A DNA stretch of 63,458 nt from Lishizhenia tianjinensis. GTDB taxonomy: Bacteria > Bacteroidota > Bacteroidia > Flavobacteriales_D > Crocinitomicaceae. This document shows positions 38,010 through 47,056 of the stretch, in pieces (positions within the stretch are counted from its first letter, which is position 1; each line of letters opens with the position of its first letter). The notes beneath the pieces are model-generated. The model did no database searches. It was not told the origin of the DNA and saw nothing but the letters and a program-made list of their open reading frames with translations. A program made the translations under genes and the position numbers. The stretch lies in NCBI GenBank assembly GCA_945863425.1, contig CAMBBW010000001.1:1-63458 (forward strand), in the 5' to 3' direction.

Positions 38010-39832
38010 TATAATTTTGATTTTAATTCTTCTAAGGTTAAAGTATTCAAAATTCTTTTACCCGTTGGTGAATATTGGTGATCTTGACACTGAAATAAAC
38101 GCTCGATAAGGAGGGAAGGTTCAATTTTATTTTTCAAAGACGCCAGGGAAACTGATTTCGCAATTGAAAGCACAACAAAATGAGCAATTTCACCTTTATC
38201 TACTTCTTTAAATCCAATTGTTTCATTTATTGAATCAACACAGGCATGTATAGATTCATCTTGTACACACGAAGGAACTCCATTGAGAATCAATTGATTG
38301 GAATGTATTTCATATTGAAAACCGAAACGTTCAAGTAAAGACCGATTTGATTCCCAAACAATTTTTTCATTTTTGGAAAGTTCAAGATCATACGGAAAAA
38401 GTAATTGTTGGGAATGTATGGGTGAATTTACAAATTGCTCCATTAACTCATCATACGTAATTCTTTCTTGTGCTCGTTTGCGGTCAATCAGCATAAAACC
38501 AGACTTACTGGGGGTTAATACTAATCTATCTTTCACTAAAAACTCCTTTACCGTTTCAACGGATGTTGGCTCAATTAAGTGATTTTGACTTATTTCTTGA
38601 TCTTCTTCTATCTTGTAAAAGTTTTGCCAATCATCCGCGGATGGATTCGTTTGTCCAAAACCTTGAGCGCGAATGGCGGGACTTAGTCCGGAAGAACCCG
38701 ATTTGTTCGAGGAGTTGTTCGAGGATTGAAAAGGATTAAAATCTGGATTTACCCGAATAACAGGTTCAATAGCCGGCTGATTCCTAAACGACATAGGCAC
38801 ATCAAAGGCAGTTTCCCGTTCAAAATCAAGTGTTGGAGAAACATTATACTTACCTAAAGCTTGTCGAATACTACTTAAAAGAATAGAATAAATAAACTTA
38901 TCTTCCTCAAATTTTATTTCTGTTTTGGTCGGGTGAATATTCACATCCAATTTTGCCGGATTTACCTCAAAGAAAATAAAATATCCTGGAAAAAATTTAG
39001 GTTGTATCAAGCCCTCAAATGCTCGATTAACAGCATGATTAAAATAATGATCTTTAAAAAATCGATTATTTACAAAAAAATATTGTTCTCCTCGGGTTTT
39101 TCTAGCAAATTCAGGCTTAAGTACATATCCATGGATTGAAACGATATCTGTTTTTTCCTCAATAGGAACAAGTTTGTCATTTGCTGATTTGCCTAGAACA
39201 TCTACAATTCTTTTTCGCAAATTGACGGCCTGAAGGTTGTAAACCTCTTGATTATTATGATGCAATGTAAATGCACACTCGGGATGAGCTAAAGCAATAC
39301 GCTCAAATTCTTCTTCTATGTGCCTAAATTCCATGGCGTCTGATTTCAAAAAATTGCGTCTAGCAGGAATATTAAAAAATAAATTTTTCACTTCAAAAGA
39401 AGTTCCTAGAGCTACAACACAATCCGTTTGGGTTACAATTTTTGAACCTTCGATATGAATTTCGATACCCGTCTCTTGATCAACTTGTTTTGTTTTTAAT
39501 ACAACTTGAGCAATGGAAGCAATGGAAGACAAAGCTTCTCCACGAAAACCTTTTGTGGTCAATGAAAACAAGTCATTTGCTGATTGAATTTTACTGGTGG
39601 CATGCCGTTCGAAGCAAGTAACTGCATCCTCGGAAGACATTCCTTCGCCATTATCAATCACTTGAATGAGTGTTTTTCCTGCGTCTTTAATAATTACTTG
39701 AATCTTTGTTGCCCCAGCATCTACAGCATTTTCAACTAATTCTTTAACCACAGAGCAAGGTCGTTGAATCACTTCGCCAGCAGCAATCTGATTCGCGATG
39801 TGATCTGGAAGTATTTTAATCCGATTTGACAT
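38009..39832 (-). CDS. mutL: DNA mismatch repair endonuclease MutL
   Basis: GHKL ATPase motifs ANQIAAGEVIQRPCSVVKELVENAVDAGA, DNGEGM and GFRGEAL. ATG 39832 preferred; the track TTG 39835 abuts the upstream stop. Confidence 0.93.
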   Translation of the reverse strand: MSNRIKILPDHIANQIAAGEVIQRPCSVVKELVENAVDAGATKIQVIIKDAGKTLIQVIDNGEGMSSEDAVTCFERHATSKIQSANDLFSLTTKGFRGEALSSIASIAQVVLKTKQVDQETGIEIHIEGSKIVTQTDCVVALGTSFEVKNLFFNIPARRNFLKSDAMEFRHIEEEFERIALAHPECAFTLHHNNQEVYNLQAVNLRKRIVDVLGKSANDKLVPIEEKTDIVSIHGYVLKPEFARKTRGEQYFFVNNRFFKDHYFNHAVNRAFEGLIQPKFFPGYFIFFEVNPAKLDVNIHPTKTEIKFEEDKFIYSILLSSIRQALGKYNVSPTLDFERETAFDVPMSFRNQPAIEPVIRVNPDFNPFQSSNNSSNKSGSSGLSPAIRAQGFGQTNPSADDWQNFYKIEEDQEISQNHLIEPTSVETVKEFLVKDRLVLTPSKSGFMLIDRKRAQERITYDELMEQFVNSPIHSQQLLFPYDLELSKNEKIVWESNRSLLERFGFQYEIHSNQLILNGVPSCVQDESIHACVDSINETIGFKEVDKGEIAHFVVLSIAKSVSLASLKNKIEPSLLIERLFQCQDHQYSPTGKRILNTLTLEELKSKL

Positions 39833-39835
39833 CAA

Positions 39836-40153
39836 CTACACTACTGATTTTATCACTTGGTCTACATCATCCAATCCATTAAAAACAAAGTAACCCAAAA
39901 CTAAAATTAAAAGAATGAGAATTACGATGCGCAAATTTGCAGATTGCTTTTGTTTCGAAACATATTTACTCCGATTCCAAGATTGATGAATTGCATCTCT
40001 TAACAATTCTTTTCGCTGACCATCTGAAGATTTTTCTTCTTCTAAAAAAGATCTTTTTTTCATGTCAAGGCGTTCCTTTCGTTCATCATAATAACGAGGA
40101 ACGTAATTGAATCGCTTATTTCTTCCAGATTTTGAGATAAAACTAAATGCCAT
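39836..40153 (-). CDS. Small basic protein with one C-terminal TM helix, function unknown
   Basis: 105 aa. Basic N-terminal half (RNKRFNYVPRYYDERKERL) and a TM segment LRIVILILLILVLGYFVF. Its stop codon abuts the mutL start, so it is likely the first gene of the mutL operon. Confidence 0.55.
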   Translation of the reverse strand: MAFSFISKSGRNKRFNYVPRYYDERKERLDMKKRSFLEEEKSSDGQRKELLRDAIHQSWNRSKYVSKQKQSANLRIVILILLILVLGYFVFNGLDDVDQVIKSVV

Positions 40154-40169
40154 AAGTAAACTATAGTAA

Positions 40170-40177
40170 CAAATATA
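40170..40177 (-). promoter_or_regulatory. Candidate -7 promoter box (TATATTTG) for the small-protein/mutL/rhomboid/EEP operon
   Basis: Exact TAnnTTTG on the minus strand, 16 nt upstream of ATG 40153, in the 112-nt gap after the wzc stop. Confidence 0.35.
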
Positions 40178-40265
40178 CAGAAATAAAATCCTACCTCATC
40201 GAAAATTAACCTATTTTAAATGATGCATCAGCATTAATACGTACGTATCATTTTTATACAGGAAG

Positions 40266-42683
40266 TTATCTTTTCTTGAATAGCCAATTAAATTTCCACC
40301 AAGGGGTTTTTTTATCTTCTTGGTAATAACCGTAGCCCCCGTAACCATAACCGTATCGGTAGCCGTAACCGTAGCCATATCCTTTTGATCCATATGTTCC
40401 ATTCAACAACAAGGCCATATTTGGTAAGCGATCCTCCTTTTTGAGTTCACTTGGAATATTAAGCATTCGTTTTGGAAGCTCATGCGCTCGTACTACATAT
40501 AGAACTGTATCAGCGTATTTTGAAATTAGCAAAGTGTCAGTGACAATTCCTACCGGAGCAGTATCAACGACAATATAATCATATAAATCTCCAACCTCTT
40601 GAAACAATTGCACAACACGCTCAGACATCAATAATTCGGAAGGATTTGGAGGAATATCACCTGAAGCGAGTATATCTAATTGCTCATGAATTTCTGTGGT
40701 ATATATCAATTCAGCAAGTGTCATACGACTATCAACAATAAAATTTGTAACCCCTTTTGAACGATCTTTCCCCAGGTAATCTTCCAATTTTGGTGCGCGT
40801 AAATCCATTCCAATGAGTAAGACTTTTTTACCTGAAAGAGCAAGTGAAATAGAGAAATTTACGGCTGTAAATGATTTCCCTTCTCGAGCAACGGTGGAGG
40901 TAATGAAAATAAATTTACCGCGACCTTCAACCTGACCTAGCATAAAGTCAACATTTGTTCGCAAAGAACGAAAGGCTTCAGAGATGGCTGTTTTACTCCC
41001 TTTGGTAACCACAATTTGTTTGTTTTTATCACCTAATGGGATATTTCCAATAAAAGGGAGTTTTAATTTCTCAATATCCGATTTTGAATAGACTTTGTCA
41101 TAAAATAAATCTTTCAGATAAACATAAAGCACCCCTAAAACGATGCTAAATGCTAATGCTCCAAGGTAAATAAATGAACGTTTCGGTGAAATAATACTCC
41201 CATTACTATAAGCAGAATCAACAAGCTTAGCATTTCCAATACCCACTGCGAGTGCAATTTGTGTTTCTTCCCGTTTTTGCAGAAGATATAAATAGAGCGA
41301 TTCTTTAATTTGTTGTTGGCGCTCAATGGAACGAAATTCCTTTTCAAATTTGGGCATTTTTGAAAGTCCTATTTCCAGTCTTTGCTCTTCAGAATCCAAT
41401 TCTATCAATGCCCGTTTTTTGGAATTGATTAAATTCTTAACACTTTTTTCAATGTTCGTTTTCAGTTCTGAAATCCTGTTTGTCAAATTAACCACTTTAG
41501 GCGCTTTTGTCGTAGTAGTTTTGAGTTCTTCTAGGCGCTCCAAAACAAGGTTATTATGGGTTTCAATTGTGCGGTCAATCGTATTATCAGCTAACCCTAA
41601 ATTCACCGGTACCAAATCTTCTGCTTGCATATTATTTAGCAAATGATCCAACATCATCCTACTTAATTGAACTTGCGTTTCAGCATTAACAATGGATTGT
41701 CTTAAATCTGTTCCTGCATTTACATCTGCTTTCGTTTCAAATTCAATATCAACTAATTTATTTTTTTCTTTGAATTTCTTTGCCTCTTCCTCAACATCAC
41801 CCAATTCCTTGGAAATATATTTCACCCGATCATTAATAAAATCACATGTGTTTTTTGAAACCAAATTTTTGTCCTCAATTGCATCTTCATTATACTTGCG
41901 GACGAGCATGTTGAGAATATTGATTGCTTTTTCTTTGGATTGATTCTGTAAAAAAAGTTTAAGAATAGCAGATGCATTTCCACTTTGTTCAATTTTTAAT
42001 TTTGAAAGGCATTTATTTACGCATGCCTCAACAGGAAGAACAACAACTTCAATTTTTCTATTTATCGCAACTTCAGAAAAACGATGATTTTTAGAGAATT
42101 TATAAGAAATAAATTTATTGATTTTTATTTTTTGATTAAATGAACCTTTGTTCAATATTTTCCCGTCTTTATTTTCTAATTGAAAGGAATTTCCAGTTAA
42201 AATATGGACAAAAAAGGAATTTCCATGTTGACGAATCAACGAATCTTTACCTTCAATTTCCAATAAAATAGGTGACTCTTGATAAATTTCTCTTCGTGTA
42301 AAACCCGTTAGGTTTCCAATTGCGTAATATTCGATTTGCAGTCCTAAGGAGATAACTACTTTTCGCATCAAATCACGAGATGTTAAAATTGCTTTTTCAT
42401 TCTCAATGGAATTTCCGTCTTTAAGAATAGACAAATCATCAAATGCAGAAGTTTCAGAAACACCTGACCCTCCTTTTTGATTATCTTTAATTTTTATAGA
42501 GGCAAATGCCTCATACATAGGCACTTTATACCTCAGATAAATATTCGCAGATCCTAATCCAAGAATTATTAAAACAACAAAAAGTTTCCAGAAAGACAAA
42601 TACTTGTAAAAAATTTCACGAAAATTAGATTTAGTCAGATTTTCAATTGAATTTGAATTACCAAAATCTAGATTGTTTTCCAT
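40266..42683 (-). CDS. wzc: Polysaccharide co-polymerase / BY-kinase (Wzc-like tyrosine autokinase)
   Basis: 805 aa. Two TM segments flank a coiled-coil domain. C-terminal kinase with Walker A (TSTVAREGKSFTA) and IVVDTAPVG, plus a terminal Tyr cluster GYGYGYGYRYGYGYGGYGYY. Confidence 0.9.
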   Translation of the reverse strand: MENNLDFGNSNSIENLTKSNFREIFYKYLSFWKLFVVLIILGLGSANIYLRYKVPMYEAFASIKIKDNQKGGSGVSETSAFDDLSILKDGNSIENEKAILTSRDLMRKVVISLGLQIEYYAIGNLTGFTRREIYQESPILLEIEGKDSLIRQHGNSFFVHILTGNSFQLENKDGKILNKGSFNQKIKINKFISYKFSKNHRFSEVAINRKIEVVVLPVEACVNKCLSKLKIEQSGNASAILKLFLQNQSKEKAINILNMLVRKYNEDAIEDKNLVSKNTCDFINDRVKYISKELGDVEEEAKKFKEKNKLVDIEFETKADVNAGTDLRQSIVNAETQVQLSRMMLDHLLNNMQAEDLVPVNLGLADNTIDRTIETHNNLVLERLEELKTTTTKAPKVVNLTNRISELKTNIEKSVKNLINSKKRALIELDSEEQRLEIGLSKMPKFEKEFRSIERQQQIKESLYLYLLQKREETQIALAVGIGNAKLVDSAYSNGSIISPKRSFIYLGALAFSIVLGVLYVYLKDLFYDKVYSKSDIEKLKLPFIGNIPLGDKNKQIVVTKGSKTAISEAFRSLRTNVDFMLGQVEGRGKFIFITSTVAREGKSFTAVNFSISLALSGKKVLLIGMDLRAPKLEDYLGKDRSKGVTNFIVDSRMTLAELIYTTEIHEQLDILASGDIPPNPSELLMSERVVQLFQEVGDLYDYIVVDTAPVGIVTDTLLISKYADTVLYVVRAHELPKRMLNIPSELKKEDRLPNMALLLNGTYGSKGYGYGYGYRYGYGYGGYGYYQEDKKTPWWKFNWLFKKR
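40323..40382 (-). repeat. Imperfect hexanucleotide (GTARCC-type) tandem repeat encoding the (GY)n tail of Wzc
   Basis: Plus strand reads gtaataaccgtagcccccgtaaccataaccgtatcggtagccgtaaccgtagccatatcc. Hand translation gives GYGYGYGYRYGYGYGGYGYY. Confidence 0.8.
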
Positions 42684-42685
42684 AA

Positions 42686-43471
42686 TTAATAACGCAAAAA
42701 TAAGGTGATTGCACTAAGTAATAATGATAAACTTGAGAGAATTGGCATATAAATTTGACTGTAACTCGAGGTGTTAATTTTTGCCTTATTTGGTGAAACG
42801 TAAATCAAATCATTTTGTTTTAAAAAATAAACTGGTGAATGAAAAATATCTTTTGACGTTAAATCAACTGTAAACTCCATTCTTTTTTTACCAACTTCTC
42901 TAATCACAATAATATCCTTTCGCTTTCCTGTAATATTCAAATCACCCGCAACGCCAAGTGCCTCAAAAATAGTGATTTTTTCATTGGGGACGTTAAAAGT
43001 TCCGGGATTACCCACTTCACCGAGTACGGTAATTTTAAAATTGATAATTTGAATTTGAATAATTGGCTCCTTGATATATTCACTTAATTTGGATTCTATT
43101 TCAGATTCAAGTTCACTTCGTGTTTTCCCAGCTACTTTCATTTTACCAATGAATGGCAATTCTAATATCCCATCAACATCTACCAAGTATCCACCACGAG
43201 CGGCTACTCCAGATGAGTATGAAATCGCAGATTTACTATTATCAATAGGAGGAGTGAATAATTTACTCGCATCATCGTTTGCAGATACAAGTTTAATATC
43301 CAGCAAATCATTTGATTCAATTTTAGGGATATAATCCACGTGATAAACGGAAGTTGAATCTTTTAATTGGCCACGCAAATAAAGAATGTCTTTCGTTTTA
43401 CGACTGCAAGAAACTGCTAAAACAAAATTGACAACAAATAAAATAAGAAAAAATCTAGTAAAATTTTTCAT
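42686..43471 (-). CDS. wza: Polysaccharide export outer-membrane protein (Wza-like, Poly_export + SLBB)
   Basis: ATG 43471 gives lipoprotein signal MKNFTRFFLILFVVNFVLAVSC. Motifs GGYLVDVDGILELPFIGKMKVAGKTRSELE and GEVGNPGTF. Confidence 0.85.
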   Translation of the reverse strand: MKNFTRFFLILFVVNFVLAVSCSRKTKDILYLRGQLKDSTSVYHVDYIPKIESNDLLDIKLVSANDDASKLFTPPIDNSKSAISYSSGVAARGGYLVDVDGILELPFIGKMKVAGKTRSELESEIESKLSEYIKEPIIQIQIINFKITVLGEVGNPGTFNVPNEKITIFEALGVAGDLNITGKRKDIIVIREVGKKRMEFTVDLTSKDIFHSPVYFLKQNDLIYVSPNKAKINTSSYSQIYMPILSSLSLLLSAITLFLRY

Positions 43472-43475
43472 ACAA

Positions 43476-44546
43476 TTAGGATGAACGTAATCCTTTAAAA
43501 ATAATATTATAAAGCGCAATAAACAAATACTTTGTATCGGTAAAATAAGGGTTTTTTGCTTTCTCTGCCAAATATATCATTTCTGCTTTCAATACAGCTT
43601 CTTTTGATGTACCAATATTTAATGCCACGTAAGGAGGAATACATCCTGGTTTTTGTTTCAATCGCAAGTGTTGATTTGCGGTTGGTAAGCTGTTAAAATA
43701 AGCTTTACTTACAGGGCGAACACCAACTAATTTCATTTCACCTTTTAAAATATTGATCAATTGAGGAAGCTCATCAATCCAAAACTTCCGAAGGGATCTA
43801 CCCCACCCTGCTAACCTAAAATCATTATTAATTTTTCCATTTTGATTAAACCCATGTTTTCCGATCATATAACTATGCAAGTATTCAGCATAGGTGTGCA
43901 TTGTCCTGAGTTTATACACTTGAATTTCCTTTCCGTTTTTACCAATTCGAGGAAGTTTAATAAAAAATCCATTTTGAATCGGTTGAATCAACGGATTTTC
44001 TTTTCTCGAAACAACAAAAATGTGGAAATTATTTTCCGAATGAATAAATTTTTCAATTTCAAAGCCATTGTAACAGAACCTACCCAAGATTTCAGCATTT
44101 GAAAACAATCTTTTTTTAGAGATTACTCTAATTTTATTGAGAAAAGCTATTTTTGGAAGGACTCTATTTACAATAAAAAAATACCAACTAGCTGGTTTTC
44201 GGAGGATTGGTATTCGCAATATTTTTTTATCTCTTCTCCAATTCTCGAGTGTATAAACTACGCCAATTACTTTTTTAATAGTGCGTTCTTGTAAAGTTTT
44301 ATTTAATTGCTTTAGGTAGTCATTAATATTTGTTTGTTGATCCAATAATTTTAGATCTATGAATAGATCAGTAGCATTATTCAGTGTAAAAGCATCTAAT
44401 AATTGGTCAATTTCTATCCCTTTAGCATCATTTGACTTTTTAGTAGCACTTACTAATTCATGAATCAAACTTTGTATATAAACATCCTCCTCACAAGATG
44501 TGCTTTGAGTTGAGAAATAATCTTGTGAATAGCTTGGGTTTTTCAA
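43476..44546 (-). CDS. Bacterial sugar transferase (initiating phosphoglycosyltransferase) with an atypical N-terminal region
   Basis: 356 aa. Catalytic-domain motifs LPRIGKNGKEIQVYKLRTM and DELPQLINILKGEMKLVGVRP. The hydrophobic helix normally just upstream is missing. Confidence 0.8.
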   Translation of the reverse strand: MKNPSYSQDYFSTQSTSCEEDVYIQSLIHELVSATKKSNDAKGIEIDQLLDAFTLNNATDLFIDLKLLDQQTNINDYLKQLNKTLQERTIKKVIGVVYTLENWRRDKKILRIPILRKPASWYFFIVNRVLPKIAFLNKIRVISKKRLFSNAEILGRFCYNGFEIEKFIHSENNFHIFVVSRKENPLIQPIQNGFFIKLPRIGKNGKEIQVYKLRTMHTYAEYLHSYMIGKHGFNQNGKINNDFRLAGWGRSLRKFWIDELPQLINILKGEMKLVGVRPVSKAYFNSLPTANQHLRLKQKPGCIPPYVALNIGTSKEAVLKAEMIYLAEKAKNPYFTDTKYLFIALYNIIFKGLRSS

Positions 44547-44767
44547 TGCTTTCGGTTAACATTAGCTAAATTACAATCTTTCTAGTTGGTAGCCAAGAAT
44601 GAAAAGAAATCTTATTGATCTTAGTCATCGTAAAACCCTAATTAATTACTGCAATGATCTTTTCAACTTTACAATCATTAGGTGTTTTTACTTAACTTTT
44701 GAAATATTAATTTAAAACTTTTGGTTTCCTGTTTTTTAATTGTATTTTTATTCCTAAATTCTACTAA

Positions 44768-46990
44768 ATGCTTAAAATCAGGACATTTTATCTTCTTCTC
44801 TTCATATTAATTTTCACAAGAACGAACAATTGGGGACAAACCACCACGCAATTATCGAGTGCTTTTTGTCCGGGTACAGTTGCATCAATGGGATCCAATA
44901 TAACTTGTGTAGGTGTTTCTGGAGCAATTGGGTATCGTTTTGAGGTAAGTAATATGTCAAACATTGTGATTGGCACATACAATGGGTATGCTGCGGGTAC
45001 CACAAATAAATTTCGTTTCTCTTGGATGTCCGGATGCGTGGTTTCATACGGAACAACTTATAAAATCCGTGTTGCTTTTACAACAAATGGGTCCACATGG
45101 AGTGCATATGGTTCCACTTGCCAAGTTACAACACCCACATCACCAATTCAAATTAATCCCATTTTTTGCAGTACAACCATTGCAAGTATGGGATCCTCAA
45201 TAACTTGTTTAACAAATCAAATGTGTGGACATCGTTTTCAAGTAACCGATCAAAGCACAGGAATCGTTGTCGGAGTCTATGATGCTATTGCAGGAGCAAT
45301 AGCAAATCCGGGTCGTTCGAAGTATGAATTTCGATTTTCTTGGATGCCTGGACTCATTAATGTTGGAACCATATATACCATTAACGTTGCTTTTTATAAC
45401 GGAACAACAGCTACTTGGAGTCCTTACGGCCCTGGATGTGATATTGAGACACCGACTCCTGTTCCAACAGAGTTAACAACTACATTTTGTAATGATTCAG
45501 CAATTGCCACAATAGGAACAAATATTTATTGTGATCCTGTACCTGGAACTATTCAATATCAGTTCATTGTTACAAATAGTACTTATGGGCCAATAGCTAC
45601 CTTAAATAAGTTCACAAACTCGTTTAAATTGCAAGAATTAACAGCACAATCTTCCGCCCACCCTATGGCAGGACTTCAATATGATGTAGTTGTAAAAACA
45701 AAACAATTATCCACTGATCCCTTTGATAATCCGGGAAATTCATGCTTTGTAAAACTGGTCGTACCAACCACAACTATTTCAACAAATGACTGTGGTAGAA
45801 CCATTAATTATTTGCAGCAAGACACCTTATTTTCGGTACCACTTTCAGGGGTGCAATTTTATAAATACAGACTTTTTGACGGTGCCACATACCTCTATGA
45901 TTCGGTTGTCACGCCATCCAGTTACAATGGGATTACCCTTCGTAAATTCCCTGGAATACAATATTGCAAAACCTACAGCATTTCTGTTAAAGTAAAGATG
46001 AATGGAACATGGAGTCAATGGGGTCCAGATTGCTCTATTTCAACCGAATGTAATCCAACAACAGAACTTCGCCCCGGTTTTTGCGGAAGCACTGTTTCAT
46101 CTTGCATGACTAATATTTATGTAAATTCATTAATCTATGGAACTCCTTACCGTTACAGTGTACAATGGACACATCCAACATTGGGATTAATAACAGATTC
46201 TGTTGACATGGTAGGCTCAGGATTTAAATTAAGTAACTTACCTCAAGCTTCAAAACTTGTTTACAATACTTTTTATTTCATTAAATGTAAAGTGTATATT
46301 GGTGGGGCATGGAAACCATGGGGACCTGGTTGTTTTGTCTTGTTGAATACATCATCATCATTAACTGGATTTTGCAATTTAGCCGTTACAACAATGGGGA
46401 CAAATGTTTATTCTTCATCGGTTGGCTGTGCATTGGATTATAAGTTTAGGCTAAACGGACCAGGACTCAGTAATTACGAACACAACCCAAGTACGATGAC
46501 CAATCGTTTTCAGCCATCACAACTCATTTCAGCTGGTATTCAATACAACCAAACATATACAGTTGAGGTTGCATACCTTGTAAATGCAGCTGCTGGATGG
46601 TCAGCATACGGAACTTCATGTACAATAACTACACCTTCTGCCATGATGCCTGATGAAACAATCTATGAATTAAATGGCACTGCAAAGGAATTTAATGAAG
46701 GAGAAAACATGGAGAATACCAATCAAAATAATTTATCGGAAGACGTGCAATTTGAATTTGTTATTTTTCCAAATCCGACAAATAATGACTTCACATTAAC
46801 GAAATTAAATGACCTGACATTTAGATCCAATATTCGAATTATTGACCAATTTGGAAAAACTATTGAGCAATGGAATGCCAATGAAATACACGATGGAGTT
46901 ACGTTTGGGTCTTCATATCCCCAAGGTTTTTATTTTGTAGAATTTGAATGTGAAAATATTCGAAAATCATTTAAACTTGTGAAAATTTAA
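44768..46990 (+). CDS. Secreted repeat protein with a T9SS type A C-terminal sorting domain, function unknown
   Basis: 740 aa: signal peptide, six tandem 96-106-aa Cys-bracketed modules, a 38-aa acidic/Asn-rich linker, and a CTD (FEFVIFPNPTNNDFTL...GFYFVEFE...FKLVKI). Confidence 0.85.
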   Translation: MLKIRTFYLLLFILIFTRTNNWGQTTTQLSSAFCPGTVASMGSNITCVGVSGAIGYRFEVSNMSNIVIGTYNGYAAGTTNKFRFSWMSGCVVSYGTTYKIRVAFTTNGSTWSAYGSTCQVTTPTSPIQINPIFCSTTIASMGSSITCLTNQMCGHRFQVTDQSTGIVVGVYDAIAGAIANPGRSKYEFRFSWMPGLINVGTIYTINVAFYNGTTATWSPYGPGCDIETPTPVPTELTTTFCNDSAIATIGTNIYCDPVPGTIQYQFIVTNSTYGPIATLNKFTNSFKLQELTAQSSAHPMAGLQYDVVVKTKQLSTDPFDNPGNSCFVKLVVPTTTISTNDCGRTINYLQQDTLFSVPLSGVQFYKYRLFDGATYLYDSVVTPSSYNGITLRKFPGIQYCKTYSISVKVKMNGTWSQWGPDCSISTECNPTTELRPGFCGSTVSSCMTNIYVNSLIYGTPYRYSVQWTHPTLGLITDSVDMVGSGFKLSNLPQASKLVYNTFYFIKCKVYIGGAWKPWGPGCFVLLNTSSSLTGFCNLAVTTMGTNVYSSSVGCALDYKFRLNGPGLSNYEHNPSTMTNRFQPSQLISAGIQYNQTYTVEVAYLVNAAAGWSAYGTSCTITTPSAMMPDETIYELNGTAKEFNEGENMENTNQNNLSEDVQFEFVIFPNPTNNDFTLTKLNDLTFRSNIRIIDQFGKTIEQWNANEIHDGVTFGSSYPQGFYFVEFECENIRKSFKLVKI
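44840..46636 (+). repeat. Six tandem protein-level modules (aa 25-623 of the 740-aa protein)
   Basis: Each module runs from an N-terminal (F/D)C to a C-terminal W-x-x-(Y/W)-G-x-x-C, with internal G-x-x-Y-(R/K/Q)-(F/Y) and Y-x-(I/V)-x-V strands. The repeats are diverged at DNA level. Confidence 0.7.
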
Positions 46991-47004
46991 TCCATTTCAA
47001 AAAC

Positions 47005-47042
47005 AAAAAAGGCCTTGATTCAAATGAATCAAGGCCTTTTTT
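47005..47042. terminator. Bidirectional rho-independent terminator between the T9SS repeat-protein gene and the end of the glycan operon
   Basis: Perfect 11-bp stem GGCCTTGATTC (47011-47021) / GAATCAAGGCC (47026-47036) with a 4-nt loop, an A6 run upstream and a T6 run downstream. Confidence 0.85.
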
Positions 47043-47056
47043 GTAGCTAATTTTAT

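Noticed and set aside
40237-40248. Perfect 12-nt palindrome ATACGTACGTAT just downstream of the wzc stop
   Set aside because: It has no loop and no following T-run on the minus strand, so it is not a credible intrinsic terminator. It is too short to assign as a binding site.
44599-44715. 38-aa ORF (MKRNLIDLSHRKTLINYCNDLFNFTIIRCFYLTFEILI) in the 221-nt gap upstream of the repeat-protein gene
   Set aside because: It has no promoter box, no recognisable motif, and a length expected by chance in an AT-rich spacer.
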